A stretch of 64,000 bases of DNA from Planctomycetota bacterium. Its GTDB lineage: Bacteria; Planctomycetota; B15-G4. How positions within the stretch are numbered: the first letter of the stretch is position 1; each line of letters opens with the position of its first letter. The stretch covers positions 3,584,001 through 3,648,000 of the forward strand of contig CBDFJQ010000002.1 in NCBI GenBank assembly GCA_965248575.1, read 5' to 3'. The translations under genes were made by a program, and so were the position numbers. The notes beneath the pieces were generated by a model, which saw only the letters and a program-made list of their open reading frames with translations, did no database searches and was not told where the DNA came from. Positions 1 to 9,610 of the stretch are shown here, piece by piece.

Positions 1-957
1 GCCCACGTTCTGCGCTTCGGCCCGCTCCAGGATCTTGGCACCCAGGGCCACATCGAGGATGCCCAGGCCGAGGTTGGCCGAGATGACGATGGGCGTGCCG
101 TCGGGCCGTGTCGGACCATTGCCGTTGACGATGGAGCCGAGGCTGCCGCTGGGCTCCGCGATGTCCTTGAAGTAACCCATGCCCTGGTAGCGGCGGAACT
201 GGTCCAGGTCGTCTGTCACCACGAGATCGGCTCGTGCGAAGGCCGAGGGGGCGAAGGACGCGTCGAAGTCGAGGGGTACGCAGAGCGTTCCCGTCTGCAA
301 CCAGTCCGCTTCGATGACGGGTTTCGGGTCCTTCACGATGGGTGCGCTGGTGACGATGATGTGCGCCCCTTCGCAGGCTTCTTGCGGCTCCGGAGGGATC
401 ACCGAGGCCACGTCGAAGGTGGTCATGATCTCGTCGGCGAACTGGGCCTGCACCTCGGGGTTCGGATCGTAGGCGAGCATGCGCTCCGTACCGGGGAAGA
501 CCGAAAGCAGGGCTTCGATGTTGGTGCGCCCCTGCACGCCGCAGCCGATGATCGTCATGACCTCGGAGTTGGGGTCTGCCAGATGCTTGGCGGTGACGGC
601 GGTGCAGGCCCCGGTGCGCACGCCCGTGATGACCGAGGCGTCCATGATGGCGGTGGGCTTGCCGGTCTCGGCATCGTTGAGCAGCAGCGTTCCGTGGATG
701 TAGGGCAGGCCCTTGGCCTGGTTGCCTGGGAAGCCGGTGACCCACTTCATGCCCGAGGCACGCATGGGCGCCACGTAGGCCGGCATGGCGTGCATGAAGG
801 AATCAGGCGCCGTGGACAGGTCGATCTTGGCCGGCATCTGGGTGTTGCCGGCGCCGTGGTGGCCGAGGGCCTCCTCGACGATCTCGACGACCTCTTTCAT
901 GGGCGGCATGAGCACCCGGACGTCTTCGGAGGAGAGGTAGCGGACAGTCGATGCCAT
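1..957 (-). CDS. Ornithine cyclodeaminase/mu-crystallin (imine reductase) family protein; 3' end runs off the window
   Basis: Not in the ORF track. Manual minus-strand translation from ATG at 957 gives MASTVRYLSSEDVRVLMPPMKEVVEIVEEAL...HAMPAYV...GMKWVTGFPGN...LLLNDAETGKPTAIMDASVITGVRTGA...IIGCGVQG, typical OCD-family motifs with a Rossmann GxGxQG. Confidence 0.88.
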   Translation of the reverse strand, partial: MASTVRYLSSEDVRVLMPPMKEVVEIVEEALGHHGAGNTQMPAKIDLSTAPDSFMHAMPAYVAPMRASGMKWVTGFPGNQAKGLPYIHGTLLLNDAETGKPTAIMDASVITGVRTGACTAVTAKHLADPNSEVMTIIGCGVQGRTNIEALLSVFPGTERMLAYDPNPEVQAQFADEIMTTFDVASVIPPEPQEACEGAHIIVTSAPIVKDPKPVIEADWLQTGTLCVPLDFDASFAPSAFARADLVVTDDLDQFRRYQGMGYFKDIAEPSGSLGSIVNGNGPTRPDGTPIVISANLGLGILDVALGAKILERAEAQNVG

Positions 958-1020
958 GGTCTGGCTCAGCTCTGGAGGCGTGCGTGAAGAAGGGTGTCGA
1001 CGGGCGACTCGGCCACGGGG

Positions 1021-1458
1021 TCAGTATTCGGCGAGTCGCTTGCGGATCTCATTGAAGTCGTGCAGGTGGCCTTTGCCCGCCTCCTGGTCCGCGCCGGGGC
1101 AGAATGATGCCACATCCTTCTCCCAGGTGTCTTTGCTCTCCAGGAGCTCGGGCCAGAAGGGGAAGGTGCGGCACTGCTTGGGGCGCAGTTCGTAGATGGA
1201 GCAGCGGCCGCTTTCCAGGAAGATGCAGCCGTTGTCCTTGGAGCTGAAGCTCCATTGGCCTGCGACCTTCTCGCAGTAGCGGGTTTCGAACTCCCGAAGT
1301 GAGATCTCGAGACGTTCGGCGATGGCCTTGCGCTCGGCGCGCGTCGAGAACACGTACTCGAAGCCTTCGCCGTGATTCACGCAGCACTTGCCGCAGGCGG
1401 TGCATTCGAAGCGCAGACCCTCCACGTACCAGGGGGGCTGGTCGGGGTTGTCGCTCAC
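1021..1458 (-). CDS. YkgJ/UPF0153 family cysteine-cluster (CxxCxxCC) protein
   Basis: GLRFECTACGKCC, GCIFL, CSIYELRPKQCRTFPFWP; start overlaps the ALDH stop. Confidence 0.88.
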   Translation of the reverse strand: MSDNPDQPPWYVEGLRFECTACGKCCVNHGEGFEYVFSTRAERKAIAERLEISLREFETRYCEKVAGQWSFSSKDNGCIFLESGRCSIYELRPKQCRTFPFWPELLESKDTWEKDVASFCPGADQEAGKGHLHDFNEIRKRLAEY

Positions 1459-2852
1459 TCTGGTTCGTTCCAGGAGATGCTGCGGGGGCTCGTGAACTGC
1501 CGGTAGCCGTCCGGGCTGCCCAGGAAGCCGAAGCCGCTCTGCTTGGCGCCGACCCAGGGCGGGTCTCCTGCGCCGCCCAGGCCTCGGTTCACGCCCACCT
1601 GGCCCGACTCGAGGCGCGAGGCCAGCTGGCGACCGCGTTCCAGGTCGCCGGCCCAGACCGAGGCGCCCAGCCCGAAGACCGAGTCGTTGGCGAGGCCCAC
1701 GGCTTGTTCGGCGCTGTCCACGGTGCAGATGGTCGCCACCGGCCCGAACGTCTCTTCCTTGATGAGGGCCATGTCGGCCTGGACGCCTGCGACGACGGTG
1801 GGCTGCATGAACCAGCCTGCGCCCTCGCCGGCCTCGCCACCCAGCAGGATGTCGGCGCCCTTCTCCCGGGCGTCCTGGATCTGGGCCAACACGTTGGCGC
1901 GCTGGCCCTCGCTGGCCATGGGGCCCATGAAGACGTCTTCGCGGCCGTTGCCCACCGTGAGCTGCTTGGCCTTCTCCACCACGAGTTCGGTGAAGCGCTC
2001 GGCGGCGGGTTGCTCGACGTAGATGCGCTCCACCGAGCAGCAGACCTGGCCCGTGTTGCGCATGGACTCACGCACGGCGTAGCTGGCGGCCTGTTCGAGG
2101 TCGGCGTCGGCGCAGACGATCATGGGGTCCTTGCCGCCCAGCTCGAGCACGAGTCGCTTCAGGCCCGCACCGCAGGCGGACATGATGTGTCGCCCCGCGC
2201 CGACGCTGCCGACGAAGCCCACCATGTTGATCTCGGCCGCCACGAGCGCCTTGCCCGTGGCCTCGTCACCCTGCACGAGTTGGATCACGCCCTGGGGCAA
2301 CTCGGCAGCAAAGAGCTCGTACAAGGCTTCACCGGTGAGAGGCACGATCTCCGACGGTTTGAAGACCACCGTGTTGCCGGCCAAGAGCGCGGGAACGATG
2401 ACCTCGCGTGCCATGCCCAGCGGGAAGTTCCAGGGCGTGATGGCTGCCACGACGCCGAGCGCTTCACGGGTGATGAGCGTGGCGGTGCCGTTCTCACGCG
2501 TGGTGGTCGGGGCCAAGGCCTCCGCGCAGGATTGGCCCAGGCTGCGGATGCCCTTCGCCGTGCCAGCTGCTTCCCGTCGCGCGTCGCCAAGGGGCTTGCC
2601 CATTTCCTTGGTGATCAACTCTGCGAGCCGCGTGAGGGTCTCCGGCTGTTCCATCCGATCGGCAATCTTTTCGAGCGCGGCTCGTCGTCCATCGAGGCCC
2701 AATGCCGCCCAGCTTGGCTGCGCGTTGCGCGCAGCGGCTACTGCTGTGCCCACCGCAGCGTCGTCAGCGCACGGTATGGATGCGAATTCTTCACCAGTGG
2801 CCGGATCGAAATCGGCCATGGTGCGTGCTTTGGCTGCGGTTTGCGTCGACAT
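1455..2852 (-). CDS. NAD(P)-dependent aldehyde dehydrogenase
   Basis: ITPWNFP, KPSE, LELGGKD (catalytic Glu), GQVCCS (catalytic Cys), EETFGP. Start moved to ATG 2852, which follows a GGAGA RBS. Confidence 0.93.
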   Translation of the reverse strand: MSTQTAAKARTMADFDPATGEEFASIPCADDAAVGTAVAAARNAQPSWAALGLDGRRAALEKIADRMEQPETLTRLAELITKEMGKPLGDARREAAGTAKGIRSLGQSCAEALAPTTTRENGTATLITREALGVVAAITPWNFPLGMAREVIVPALLAGNTVVFKPSEIVPLTGEALYELFAAELPQGVIQLVQGDEATGKALVAAEINMVGFVGSVGAGRHIMSACGAGLKRLVLELGGKDPMIVCADADLEQAASYAVRESMRNTGQVCCSVERIYVEQPAAERFTELVVEKAKQLTVGNGREDVFMGPMASEGQRANVLAQIQDAREKGADILLGGEAGEGAGWFMQPTVVAGVQADMALIKEETFGPVATICTVDSAEQAVGLANDSVFGLGASVWAGDLERGRQLASRLESGQVGVNRGLGGAGDPPWVGAKQSGFGFLGSPDGYRQFTSPRSISWNEPE

Positions 2853-2896
2853 GGGAGGTTTCTCCGACAAAGTGCCCCGGCTTCTGGAAAGCCCGG

Positions 2897-2902
2897 TATT
2901 GT
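2897..2902 (+). promoter_or_regulatory. Candidate -10 element (TATTGT) for the structured RNA
   Basis: TAnnnT hexamer in a locally AT-rich patch, 7 nt before the first base of the closing stem; no convincing -35. Confidence 0.3.
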
Positions 2903-2909
2903 AATCCTT

Positions 2910-3063
2910 CGGTTGCCTGCGAGGGCGATCGAACGACCCTGGAGAAAGACCCGAGAATCCTTGGCAAGTTCGTCGACCCGCCTTCCTTCGGGTGGTGCAG
3001 GGCGGGCAGGCGGCTAGGGGCGATTCAACGGACTGACAACAGGAACCGTCCCGCAGGCAACCG
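2910..3063 (+). ncRNA. Rod-shaped structured RNA, candidate 6S RNA
   Basis: Intergenic. Perfect 12-bp terminal stem CGGTTGCCTGCG(2910-2921)/CGCAGGCAACCG(3052-3063); nested helices GGGCG/CGTCC, CCTG/CAGG, CCG..GAAT/ATTC..CGG, CCTTGGC/GCTAGGG, CCCGCCTT/AGGGCGGG; apical cTTCGg tetraloop; purine-rich central bubble. G-U wobbles work on the + strand only. Confidence 0.55.
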
Positions 3064-3139
3064 CCTCCGCTCTGCGATATCGCCCCGCACTCGCGCGTGT
3101 CACGCGCTGAGAGGCACGTACGGGCCCTTCACGGACCAA

Positions 3140-4291
3140 TCACCGGCCGCCCTCGGGCTCAGGTTCCGTTGAGTTGTCGGTCGCTCCCGGGGTGGCTGTG
3201 ACGGGTCGGGTGAGTGGGGTCCAGCCCAAGCCGTCCGGTTGTTTGCCGGTTTCGTAACCGCGCAGCACGCCCAGGGTCTCCAGGTCCACCAAGGTGACGA
3301 CGTCCGCGTTGGCTGCGGCCACGAAGGCATGGCGACCGCTCTGGGTGATGAGCACTCCGATGGGCGTGGCGGAGCCTGCGAAGTCCTCCCCGAAGAGGCG
3401 TTGTCCGGCGCCGTCCACGATGTCGAAGTCGATGGCGATGCGGCCCAGCTCCTTGCGGCTCGCCGTGTCGAAGACCACCACCTCGGATGAGACCGCATTG
3501 CTGACCACGGCTCGTTTTCCGTCAGGGGTGAACTTCAGGCGGATGGGAAACTCGGCACACGTCAGCTGGGCGACGACTTCCAAGCTTTCCGTGTTGATGA
3601 CGGAGACCGTGTTGGCGGCGCGATTGGCCGTCCACACTTCGCTGCCATCGGGGCTGATGTCGATCCCTTCGCAGCCGGCGCCCGTGGCAACGAGCTTTTC
3701 GAACTGGCCGCTTTGGAGATCCAACACGCTCACGTCGCCACTGGCGATGTTGGCCGTGTAGGCCCGATGACCATCCGGTGAGACCACCACCATGTGGGAC
3801 GCCTGGGCCTGGGTCGGGATGGACTTGCGCACCCGGCCGCTCTGGATGTCCACGAGCAGCAGGCGGGCGCGCGTCTCAATGGTGACCGCGACCAGGTCGT
3901 TGCCGCCCACGAACTGGATGCCATGCGGTCGCTCATTGCTTTCGAGGTCGACGGTCGCTTTCACCGTGGCTGTGGTGAGATCCAGGACCGTGAGCGTGTT
4001 GCCCGCCCCGAGCTGGCCTCCGTAGTCCGCGACGACCGCGAGCTGCCCGTTGGGCGAGACGGCCACTTCGTGCGGGCCGTCTCCCGTGGGCAGCTGCAAC
4101 CAGGTGTGCCCGGTGTCTGGATGGATGAAGGAGGCTGTGGCGTCGCTCTTGTTGAGCACGAGCAGCGTACCGCCAACCACCACTGGAGCCCCCGCACTGC
4201 CCTCATCGTCCGCAAGGGCGGGGTGGACGCCGTGGACGGGGCTGAGTGTGACGGCCGCGGCGAGGGCGAGGGCCAACCAGGGTGCGAGCAT
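3140..4291 (-). CDS. Secreted YVTN/YncE-family beta-propeller protein
   Basis: Start at ATG 4291 after GGAGA; signal peptide MLAPWLALALAAAV; repeats GPHEVAVSPNG, SHMVVVSPDGHRAYTAN, EGIDISPDGSEVWTAN. Confidence 0.85.
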   Translation of the reverse strand: MLAPWLALALAAAVTLSPVHGVHPALADDEGSAGAPVVVGGTLLVLNKSDATASFIHPDTGHTWLQLPTGDGPHEVAVSPNGQLAVVADYGGQLGAGNTLTVLDLTTATVKATVDLESNERPHGIQFVGGNDLVAVTIETRARLLLVDIQSGRVRKSIPTQAQASHMVVVSPDGHRAYTANIASGDVSVLDLQSGQFEKLVATGAGCEGIDISPDGSEVWTANRAANTVSVINTESLEVVAQLTCAEFPIRLKFTPDGKRAVVSNAVSSEVVVFDTASRKELGRIAIDFDIVDGAGQRLFGEDFAGSATPIGVLITQSGRHAFVAAANADVVTLVDLETLGVLRGYETGKQPDGLGWTPLTRPVTATPGATDNSTEPEPEGGR

Positions 4292-4316
4292 CGGGTGTCT
4301 CCGGGATGTAGGCGGC

Positions 4317-7300
4317 CTAGGTGTCGGCGTCTGTGAGCAGCCCCGCGGCCTCATGGATGAGGTTCTGGGTTTCGGAACGCACATCGTTCTTGCCCACTTC
4401 GAATGCCTCCAAATACGCCTCACTCGCCTTGCGCGTGTTGCCGAGCTGTTGGTGGGCGAGCGAGGTGAGAGCCAGGATCCAGCTGCGTGGGTGTTCTTGA
4501 CCCTTCTTGTGCAGCAGGTCGGAGTTCTCAAGGGCTGAGAGGGCCGACGAGTAGTCGCCCCGACGATAGTGCGCGGCACCGAGCACACACATCAGGAAGG
4601 AGTCGCCGGGTTGCATCGTGCTGGCAGCGTTCGCCAGGCGGAAGGCGTCGTCGTAGGCGGTCTCGCCCGAGTTGCGGGAGCGCAGCGTGAGCCAGGCGGT
4701 GTGTGCCAAGCGGTCGGGTTGCGTTCCGAAGTTGCGCGCCAGGCGAATGGCTTCGTCACGCACGATGGGGTCGACCGAGTCATCGTCTCGGAGGCTGTCG
4801 ATGACCGAAGCCGGCAACACGTAGCGGTCGAGGCGATCCTGAAACAGCTGTTGGCCTCGCTCAGCTGCCAACGCACGGCCACGACGCAGCTCGAAGGTGA
4901 CTGCCGGTGAAGCGGTCTCCAAAACGCGGATCTCGGAGCCCAGGGCGGCGTAGAGCCGGCCACCGTCCGGGCTAAACTGCACAGCGCGGCAAGGTTTCCC
5001 GACCCGGAGCGTCAGCAAGGGCGACCCGCTCACGCGGTCCCAGATGCGCACGCTGCCGTCTTGGGAAGCGCTCGCGAGGCGCGTGCCGTCCGGGTGGAAA
5101 CTCAAGCTGTCGATGTGATCTTGGTGCCCGTGCAAGAGCACGGTCTCACCCGCATCGATGTCGCGCAGGCTCACCACCTGGTCATAGGAGGCGGCGAGCA
5201 CCTGACCGTCGGGCGACCAGGCCAGAGCCCCGACGGTGCCCTCCCCGTCCGCGTACTCGTGGATCGTCTCTCCCGTGCCGAGGTTCCACACCCGGACCTT
5301 TTCGTTGTAGCTGCCGCTGGCGAGCAGGCTCTCGGTGGGATGGAAGGCCAGGCTGTGCACGGCGCCGGTGTGCCCCTCGAGGGTCTGCATGAGGGCCCCG
5401 GTCTGGCTGTTCCAGAGCTTGACCGTGTCGTCTGCCGAAGCGGAGGCCACGCGCCGACCATCCGGGCTGTAGGCCAGCGCGAGAATGCGTTCGGCGTGGC
5501 CCGTCGCCTGCGCGGGCCACTCGATGAGCACGTCGTAGGCCGAGGCGTCCCAGAAGTAGATGGGGTGCGATGTGTCACGGCCCAGGCCTTCCAGACCCAC
5601 GGCGATCTGCGTGCCGTCGGGGCTGAAGGCCACGACGCCGGCCCCCCTGAGAGGCAGGTCCGTGGCGGTGAGAGAGAGCAAGGTGTCCGTCTCCCACAGG
5701 CGCACCCGCCCATCGGCGCTGGAAGAAAGGGCACGCAGGCCGTCCGGGGAGAGAGCCAGAGAGCGCACCTTGTCGGTGTGCCCCTGCAACCGGGTGTAGC
5801 CCAGGCCATAGGCCCGGTCCCAGAGCTTCACCGTGTGATCGTCCGAGCCGCTGGCCATGAGCACGCCGTCCGGGCTGAACGCTGCGCTCCGCACGGCTTT
5901 TTCGTGGCCGACGAGAGTCGAGAGCAGCTCGCCCGAGAAGGTGCTCCAGCGTCGCAAGGTGCCGTCTTCGGAGCCCGTGAGAAGTTCGCTGCCGTCCTCA
6001 CTGAAGTGCACGCTGTTCACCGACCCGGAGTGCCCGTCGTACGTCGCCAACAGGCTCCCGTCCTGCGCGTCGAACAATCGTGCCGCCCCATCTTCTGAGC
6101 CGGTGGCTATGTAGGGCGCGTTCGGAGTGGGGTAGAAGTCCACGGCCAGCACCGATTCATCGTGGCCGAAGAGCGAGCGGATCGTCTCGCCGCTGGCGGC
6201 ATCCCAGATGGCGGCCGTCTTGTCCTCGGATGCAGACACGATGCGCGAGCCGTCCATGGACACCGCGAGGGCCGTCACGCTGCGGACGTGCATCGATGGG
6301 AAGGCGCTGAACTCGGCGTTGTCCACGTTCCAGGCGCAGACTCGCTTGCCGCTGGTCCCCGCGTAGAGGCGCTTGCCGTTGGGGCTGAACATCAGCGAAG
6401 TGATGGCGCCCAGCTTGGGGGCGGTCTCCGGGTCGGGCAGAAGCTCACCCACGGAGCTGCCCTCATCGGCGTTCCACAGGGAGATCTTGCCACCGGCGCC
6501 GGCGCAGGCCAGGGTGCGGCCGTTGCCGTGGTAGGCGATGGCCGTGATGGAATCATTCCCGTGAGGCAGCTCGTGCTCCTGGGATTGGGTGGCGACATTC
6601 CAGATGCGCACGAAGCCGTCCCGGGACGCGCTGGCCAATCGGCGCCCGCCGGGTGCGAAGGCGATCGCTTCGACCGGAGCCTTGTGTCCGCTGAGGGTGG
6701 CCAGGCTCGGGTCGAGCTTCAGGGAGAGGTGTTGCCACTCCCACCCGCGCAGTACGGCTGGCGTCTTTTCCAAGATGTCGGCAACGCCCAGCACTTCATC
6801 GGAGCGCAGGCTGGCGTCGATGGCCGCGATGTTGGCCACATACTCACGGTAGAGCGCGGTCTGGGTTGCCTCGTCAGCCCGCAAGGACGCCTTCCGCGCG
6901 TCGGCCACAGCGGCCAAGAGCTGTGCGTTGGAGCCTTCGAGCTCCGTCTTGGCATCGCGGGCGGCTTTTTCGCTCTTGGTCTTGGCTTCGTTGCTCTGCT
7001 GCAGGTTCTCGTTGGCGTTGTAGAGGTTGATGAGCAGGGCTGCGAGCACCATGAGGCCGATGGCGAGCACCGTGGCAGGTACCTTGTTGCGCACGACCCA
7101 CTTGCGCGCTTCAGCGAATGCACCGGTCTCATACGTGCGGACGACGCGCCCTTCGATGAAGGCCCGCAGTTCGTCGGCCATGACCTGCATGCTCGGGTAG
7201 CGCTGGCCGATCTCCCGGGCCATGGCCTTCTCGCAGATGGCGACGAGTTCAGGCGGCACTCGCTTGTTGATCTGATGAATCGGGCGCGGCGGCCCTTCGC

Positions 7301-8501
7301 GCACGGCATTCAGGAGCGTGTAGGGCGAGACCCGCTCGTCGGAATCGATGTAGGGCATCTGCCCCGACAGCAGCTGATACAGCAGCGCACCCACCGAGTA
7401 GATATCGGAGTGGGGGCCGATGAGATCGTCCTGGCCCTTGGCCTGCTCGGGAGACATATAGGACGGCGTACCCACCACCGTGCCGTCCATGGTCTGCAGC
7501 GGGCTTCCCGGGTGTTGTTCGTAGTCGTCCTGCCTGTCCGTTTGGACGCGGCTGACGGTTTCGGCGCCATCGACCACCGGTCGCAGGTCGTGCATGTCCT
7601 TGCGGCCCATGACCTTGGCCAGGCCCCAGTCCATGACATAGACCTCGCCGAAGCGGCCCACCATGATGTTGGAGGGCTTGATGTCACGGTGGATGACGCG
7701 CTTGCTGTGGGCGTAGGCCATGGCTTCGCAAACGCGTTGAATGACGCCGAGAGCCCGGGCCACGGTCCAGCCTTCCAGCTCGTCGTGCACGAGCTCGAGG
7801 ATGGCGCGCAGGTCCCGGCCCCGCACGAGGCGCATCGTGAAGTACAGCTGGCCCGCGTCATTCAGCCCCAGCTCGTGGACGGGCACGATGCCCGGGTGAT
7901 CGAGCTGACCCGTGATCTGCGCCTCCTCGAGGAAGCGGCCGATCTGTCGGCTTTCCGTGGAGCTGTCCCGGGCGCCCTTGCGTTGCTTCCGGTCGAGCAT
8001 GACCTTCATGGCGAGGTTCCGGCGCAGGTCGGAATCCCACATGCGCTGGATGACGCCCATGCCGCCACGGGCGATCTCTCCGCGGGCGGAATAGCGCTGA
8101 CTGCCGGGGTTCGAGGAAAGCCGCTCGATGACGCTCGACACGACCGAACCTCCCGGGCCATGGCTCCGGGTGCGGCCTTCCACGTCCATCTCGAAGGTGG
8201 CCGAGAGTTCGCTGGAGCTGCGCGGGGTGTCGGGGTTCAGCCGATGGTTTTCGCTGGCGGCCAGGTTCTGGGTGGAGTGGTTGGAGTCTTCGTCCAGGCT
8301 GCTGCCGAGGTCGTCGACGAGGCCGGCCATACGCTGCCAATCGTCCCGCAGGGTGCGCAGCGGCTCGGCAATGTGGGCGTGTTCGCGACAGAAGTCGTCG
8401 AAGTCGACCTCTTGGCTTTCGTCGAGCAGGCGCAGGTACTTGCTGAAGGCGTCCTCCGCAGAGCGGGAGCGTTCAGCAGAGTGTTCCGGTGTTGGCTTCA
8501 T
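4317..8501 (-). CDS. Hanks-type Ser/Thr protein kinase with transmembrane segment, coiled coil, about 14 WD40 repeats and C-terminal TPR-like helices
   Basis: IARGGMG, AMK, HRDIKPSN, DWGLAK, GTPSYMSPEQ, DIYSVG; many GH...FSPDG..LAS.S.D..V.LW repeats. Start MKPT at 8501 is a best guess. Confidence 0.93.
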   Translation of the reverse strand: MKPTPEHSAERSRSAEDAFSKYLRLLDESQEVDFDDFCREHAHIAEPLRTLRDDWQRMAGLVDDLGSSLDEDSNHSTQNLAASENHRLNPDTPRSSSELSATFEMDVEGRTRSHGPGGSVVSSVIERLSSNPGSQRYSARGEIARGGMGVIQRMWDSDLRRNLAMKVMLDRKQRKGARDSSTESRQIGRFLEEAQITGQLDHPGIVPVHELGLNDAGQLYFTMRLVRGRDLRAILELVHDELEGWTVARALGVIQRVCEAMAYAHSKRVIHRDIKPSNIMVGRFGEVYVMDWGLAKVMGRKDMHDLRPVVDGAETVSRVQTDRQDDYEQHPGSPLQTMDGTVVGTPSYMSPEQAKGQDDLIGPHSDIYSVGALLYQLLSGQMPYIDSDERVSPYTLLNAVREGPPRPIHQINKRVPPELVAICEKAMAREIGQRYPSMQVMADELRAFIEGRVVRTYETGAFAEARKWVVRNKVPATVLAIGLMVLAALLINLYNANENLQQSNEAKTKSEKAARDAKTELEGSNAQLLAAVADARKASLRADEATQTALYREYVANIAAIDASLRSDEVLGVADILEKTPAVLRGWEWQHLSLKLDPSLATLSGHKAPVEAIAFAPGGRRLASASRDGFVRIWNVATQSQEHELPHGNDSITAIAYHGNGRTLACAGAGGKISLWNADEGSSVGELLPDPETAPKLGAITSLMFSPNGKRLYAGTSGKRVCAWNVDNAEFSAFPSMHVRSVTALAVSMDGSRIVSASEDKTAAIWDAASGETIRSLFGHDESVLAVDFYPTPNAPYIATGSEDGAARLFDAQDGSLLATYDGHSGSVNSVHFSEDGSELLTGSEDGTLRRWSTFSGELLSTLVGHEKAVRSAAFSPDGVLMASGSDDHTVKLWDRAYGLGYTRLQGHTDKVRSLALSPDGLRALSSSADGRVRLWETDTLLSLTATDLPLRGAGVVAFSPDGTQIAVGLEGLGRDTSHPIYFWDASAYDVLIEWPAQATGHAERILALAYSPDGRRVASASADDTVKLWNSQTGALMQTLEGHTGAVHSLAFHPTESLLASGSYNEKVRVWNLGTGETIHEYADGEGTVGALAWSPDGQVLAASYDQVVSLRDIDAGETVLLHGHQDHIDSLSFHPDGTRLASASQDGSVRIWDRVSGSPLLTLRVGKPCRAVQFSPDGGRLYAALGSEIRVLETASPAVTFELRRGRALAAERGQQLFQDRLDRYVLPASVIDSLRDDDSVDPIVRDEAIRLARNFGTQPDRLAHTAWLTLRSRNSGETAYDDAFRLANAASTMQPGDSFLMCVLGAAHYRRGDYSSALSALENSDLLHKKGQEHPRSWILALTSLAHQQLGNTRKASEAYLEAFEVGKNDVRSETQNLIHEAAGLLTDADT

Positions 8502-9160
8502 GGTTCTTGGGGGCCCAAGCACCTGGGCGGGGCGGCAAGCCGGCGCTGGTTGAGGTGCCGGAGTAAACGTTCGTTCGTGTACAGGGTGAACGCTTGCCGA
8601 ATCGGTTCCGCGGGGGCGGATCACTGGCCGGGAAGTTTAGCAGGCCCCGTCCGACTGAGGCTCGTAGGGCGCTCCCCGCAGGCAGCGTCACAGTGGGTTC
8701 ATTGTCTCCCAGCTGCCGTAGACGGGGGCTGAGGCGCTGGTGGACTGGGTTTCCGCACCGAGGTCTGCACGGCAGGCGGTGGCGCGGCGACCGTGCTTTG
8801 GGCGTGGCCTTGGGCGTGTCGCGGCCGGAGGGCGGCCGTCGCGTGGCGCAGGTCCGGCGTGCGTGCGGCCGCTTGTTGGCGGCACTGGTCAGCAGCATCT
8901 TGAGTTGCAGCTGCCGCGCGCCGAGGGCGGCGGTTCGACGCGAGATTCGCAGTCGCTGTTCGCCGCGCGTTCGTTCGGCTGAGCGTGTCATGTGAGCGGT
9001 GCGCGGCAACTCATCCCAGTGCATTAAATAAATGTAATCGCATGTGGGAATCATATGTCGCCCTCTGTTTCAAGCCTGCTCTCGCCCTTTTCGCTTCCGT
9101 CGCTATCATGCGGCCCCGCGAGCGGGGCGGCTCGCACCAACAAATCTGGAAGGTCTATCC

Positions 9161-9598
9161 ATGGCTCGTCGCACGGCACAACGCGCCGCCATTCGGAAGG
9201 TTCTCGAGGACACGGGGCGTCCCTTGGGGCCGGCTGAGATCTTGAAGGCGGCACAGCTGTTCGTTCCTCAACTCGGTCTCACGACTGTCTACCGGACCGT
9301 CAACTCTCTTGTGGAAGAGGGTTGGCTCGTGGCCGTTGGCCTTCCCGGCGAAGCCGATCGCTACGAGCTGGCGGATTCCGAACACCACCACCAGTTCCGC
9401 TGCCGTTGCTGCAGCTCCGTGTACACCGTCCGGGGTTGCACCCACGGGCTGGAATCCCTCGTGCCCGAGGGCTTCAGCATGGATGACCACGCCTTGGTGC
9501 TCTATGGCACCTGTGCTCAGTGTGCGCAAGCACCCGCTGCCTCGCCCGGAGCCTCGAACACGAAACAGCACAACGAGGAATCCGCCGCGCAGGCCTGA
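9161..9598 (+). CDS. Fur-family metal-dependent transcriptional regulator
   Basis: RRTAQRAAI, LGLTTVYRTV, HHHQFRCRCC, LYGTCAQC; ATG 9161 follows GGAAGG. Confidence 0.9.
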   Translation: MARRTAQRAAIRKVLEDTGRPLGPAEILKAAQLFVPQLGLTTVYRTVNSLVEEGWLVAVGLPGEADRYELADSEHHHQFRCRCCSSVYTVRGCTHGLESLVPEGFSMDDHALVLYGTCAQCAQAPAASPGASNTKQHNEESAAQA

Positions 9599-9610
9599 GG
9601 TCTATCCCTG

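Noticed and set aside
8502..9160. ORFs in the kinase-fur spacer (8473-9054-, 8594-8995+)
   Set aside because: Arg/Pro-rich, no RBS, motif or codon bias; treated as non-coding.
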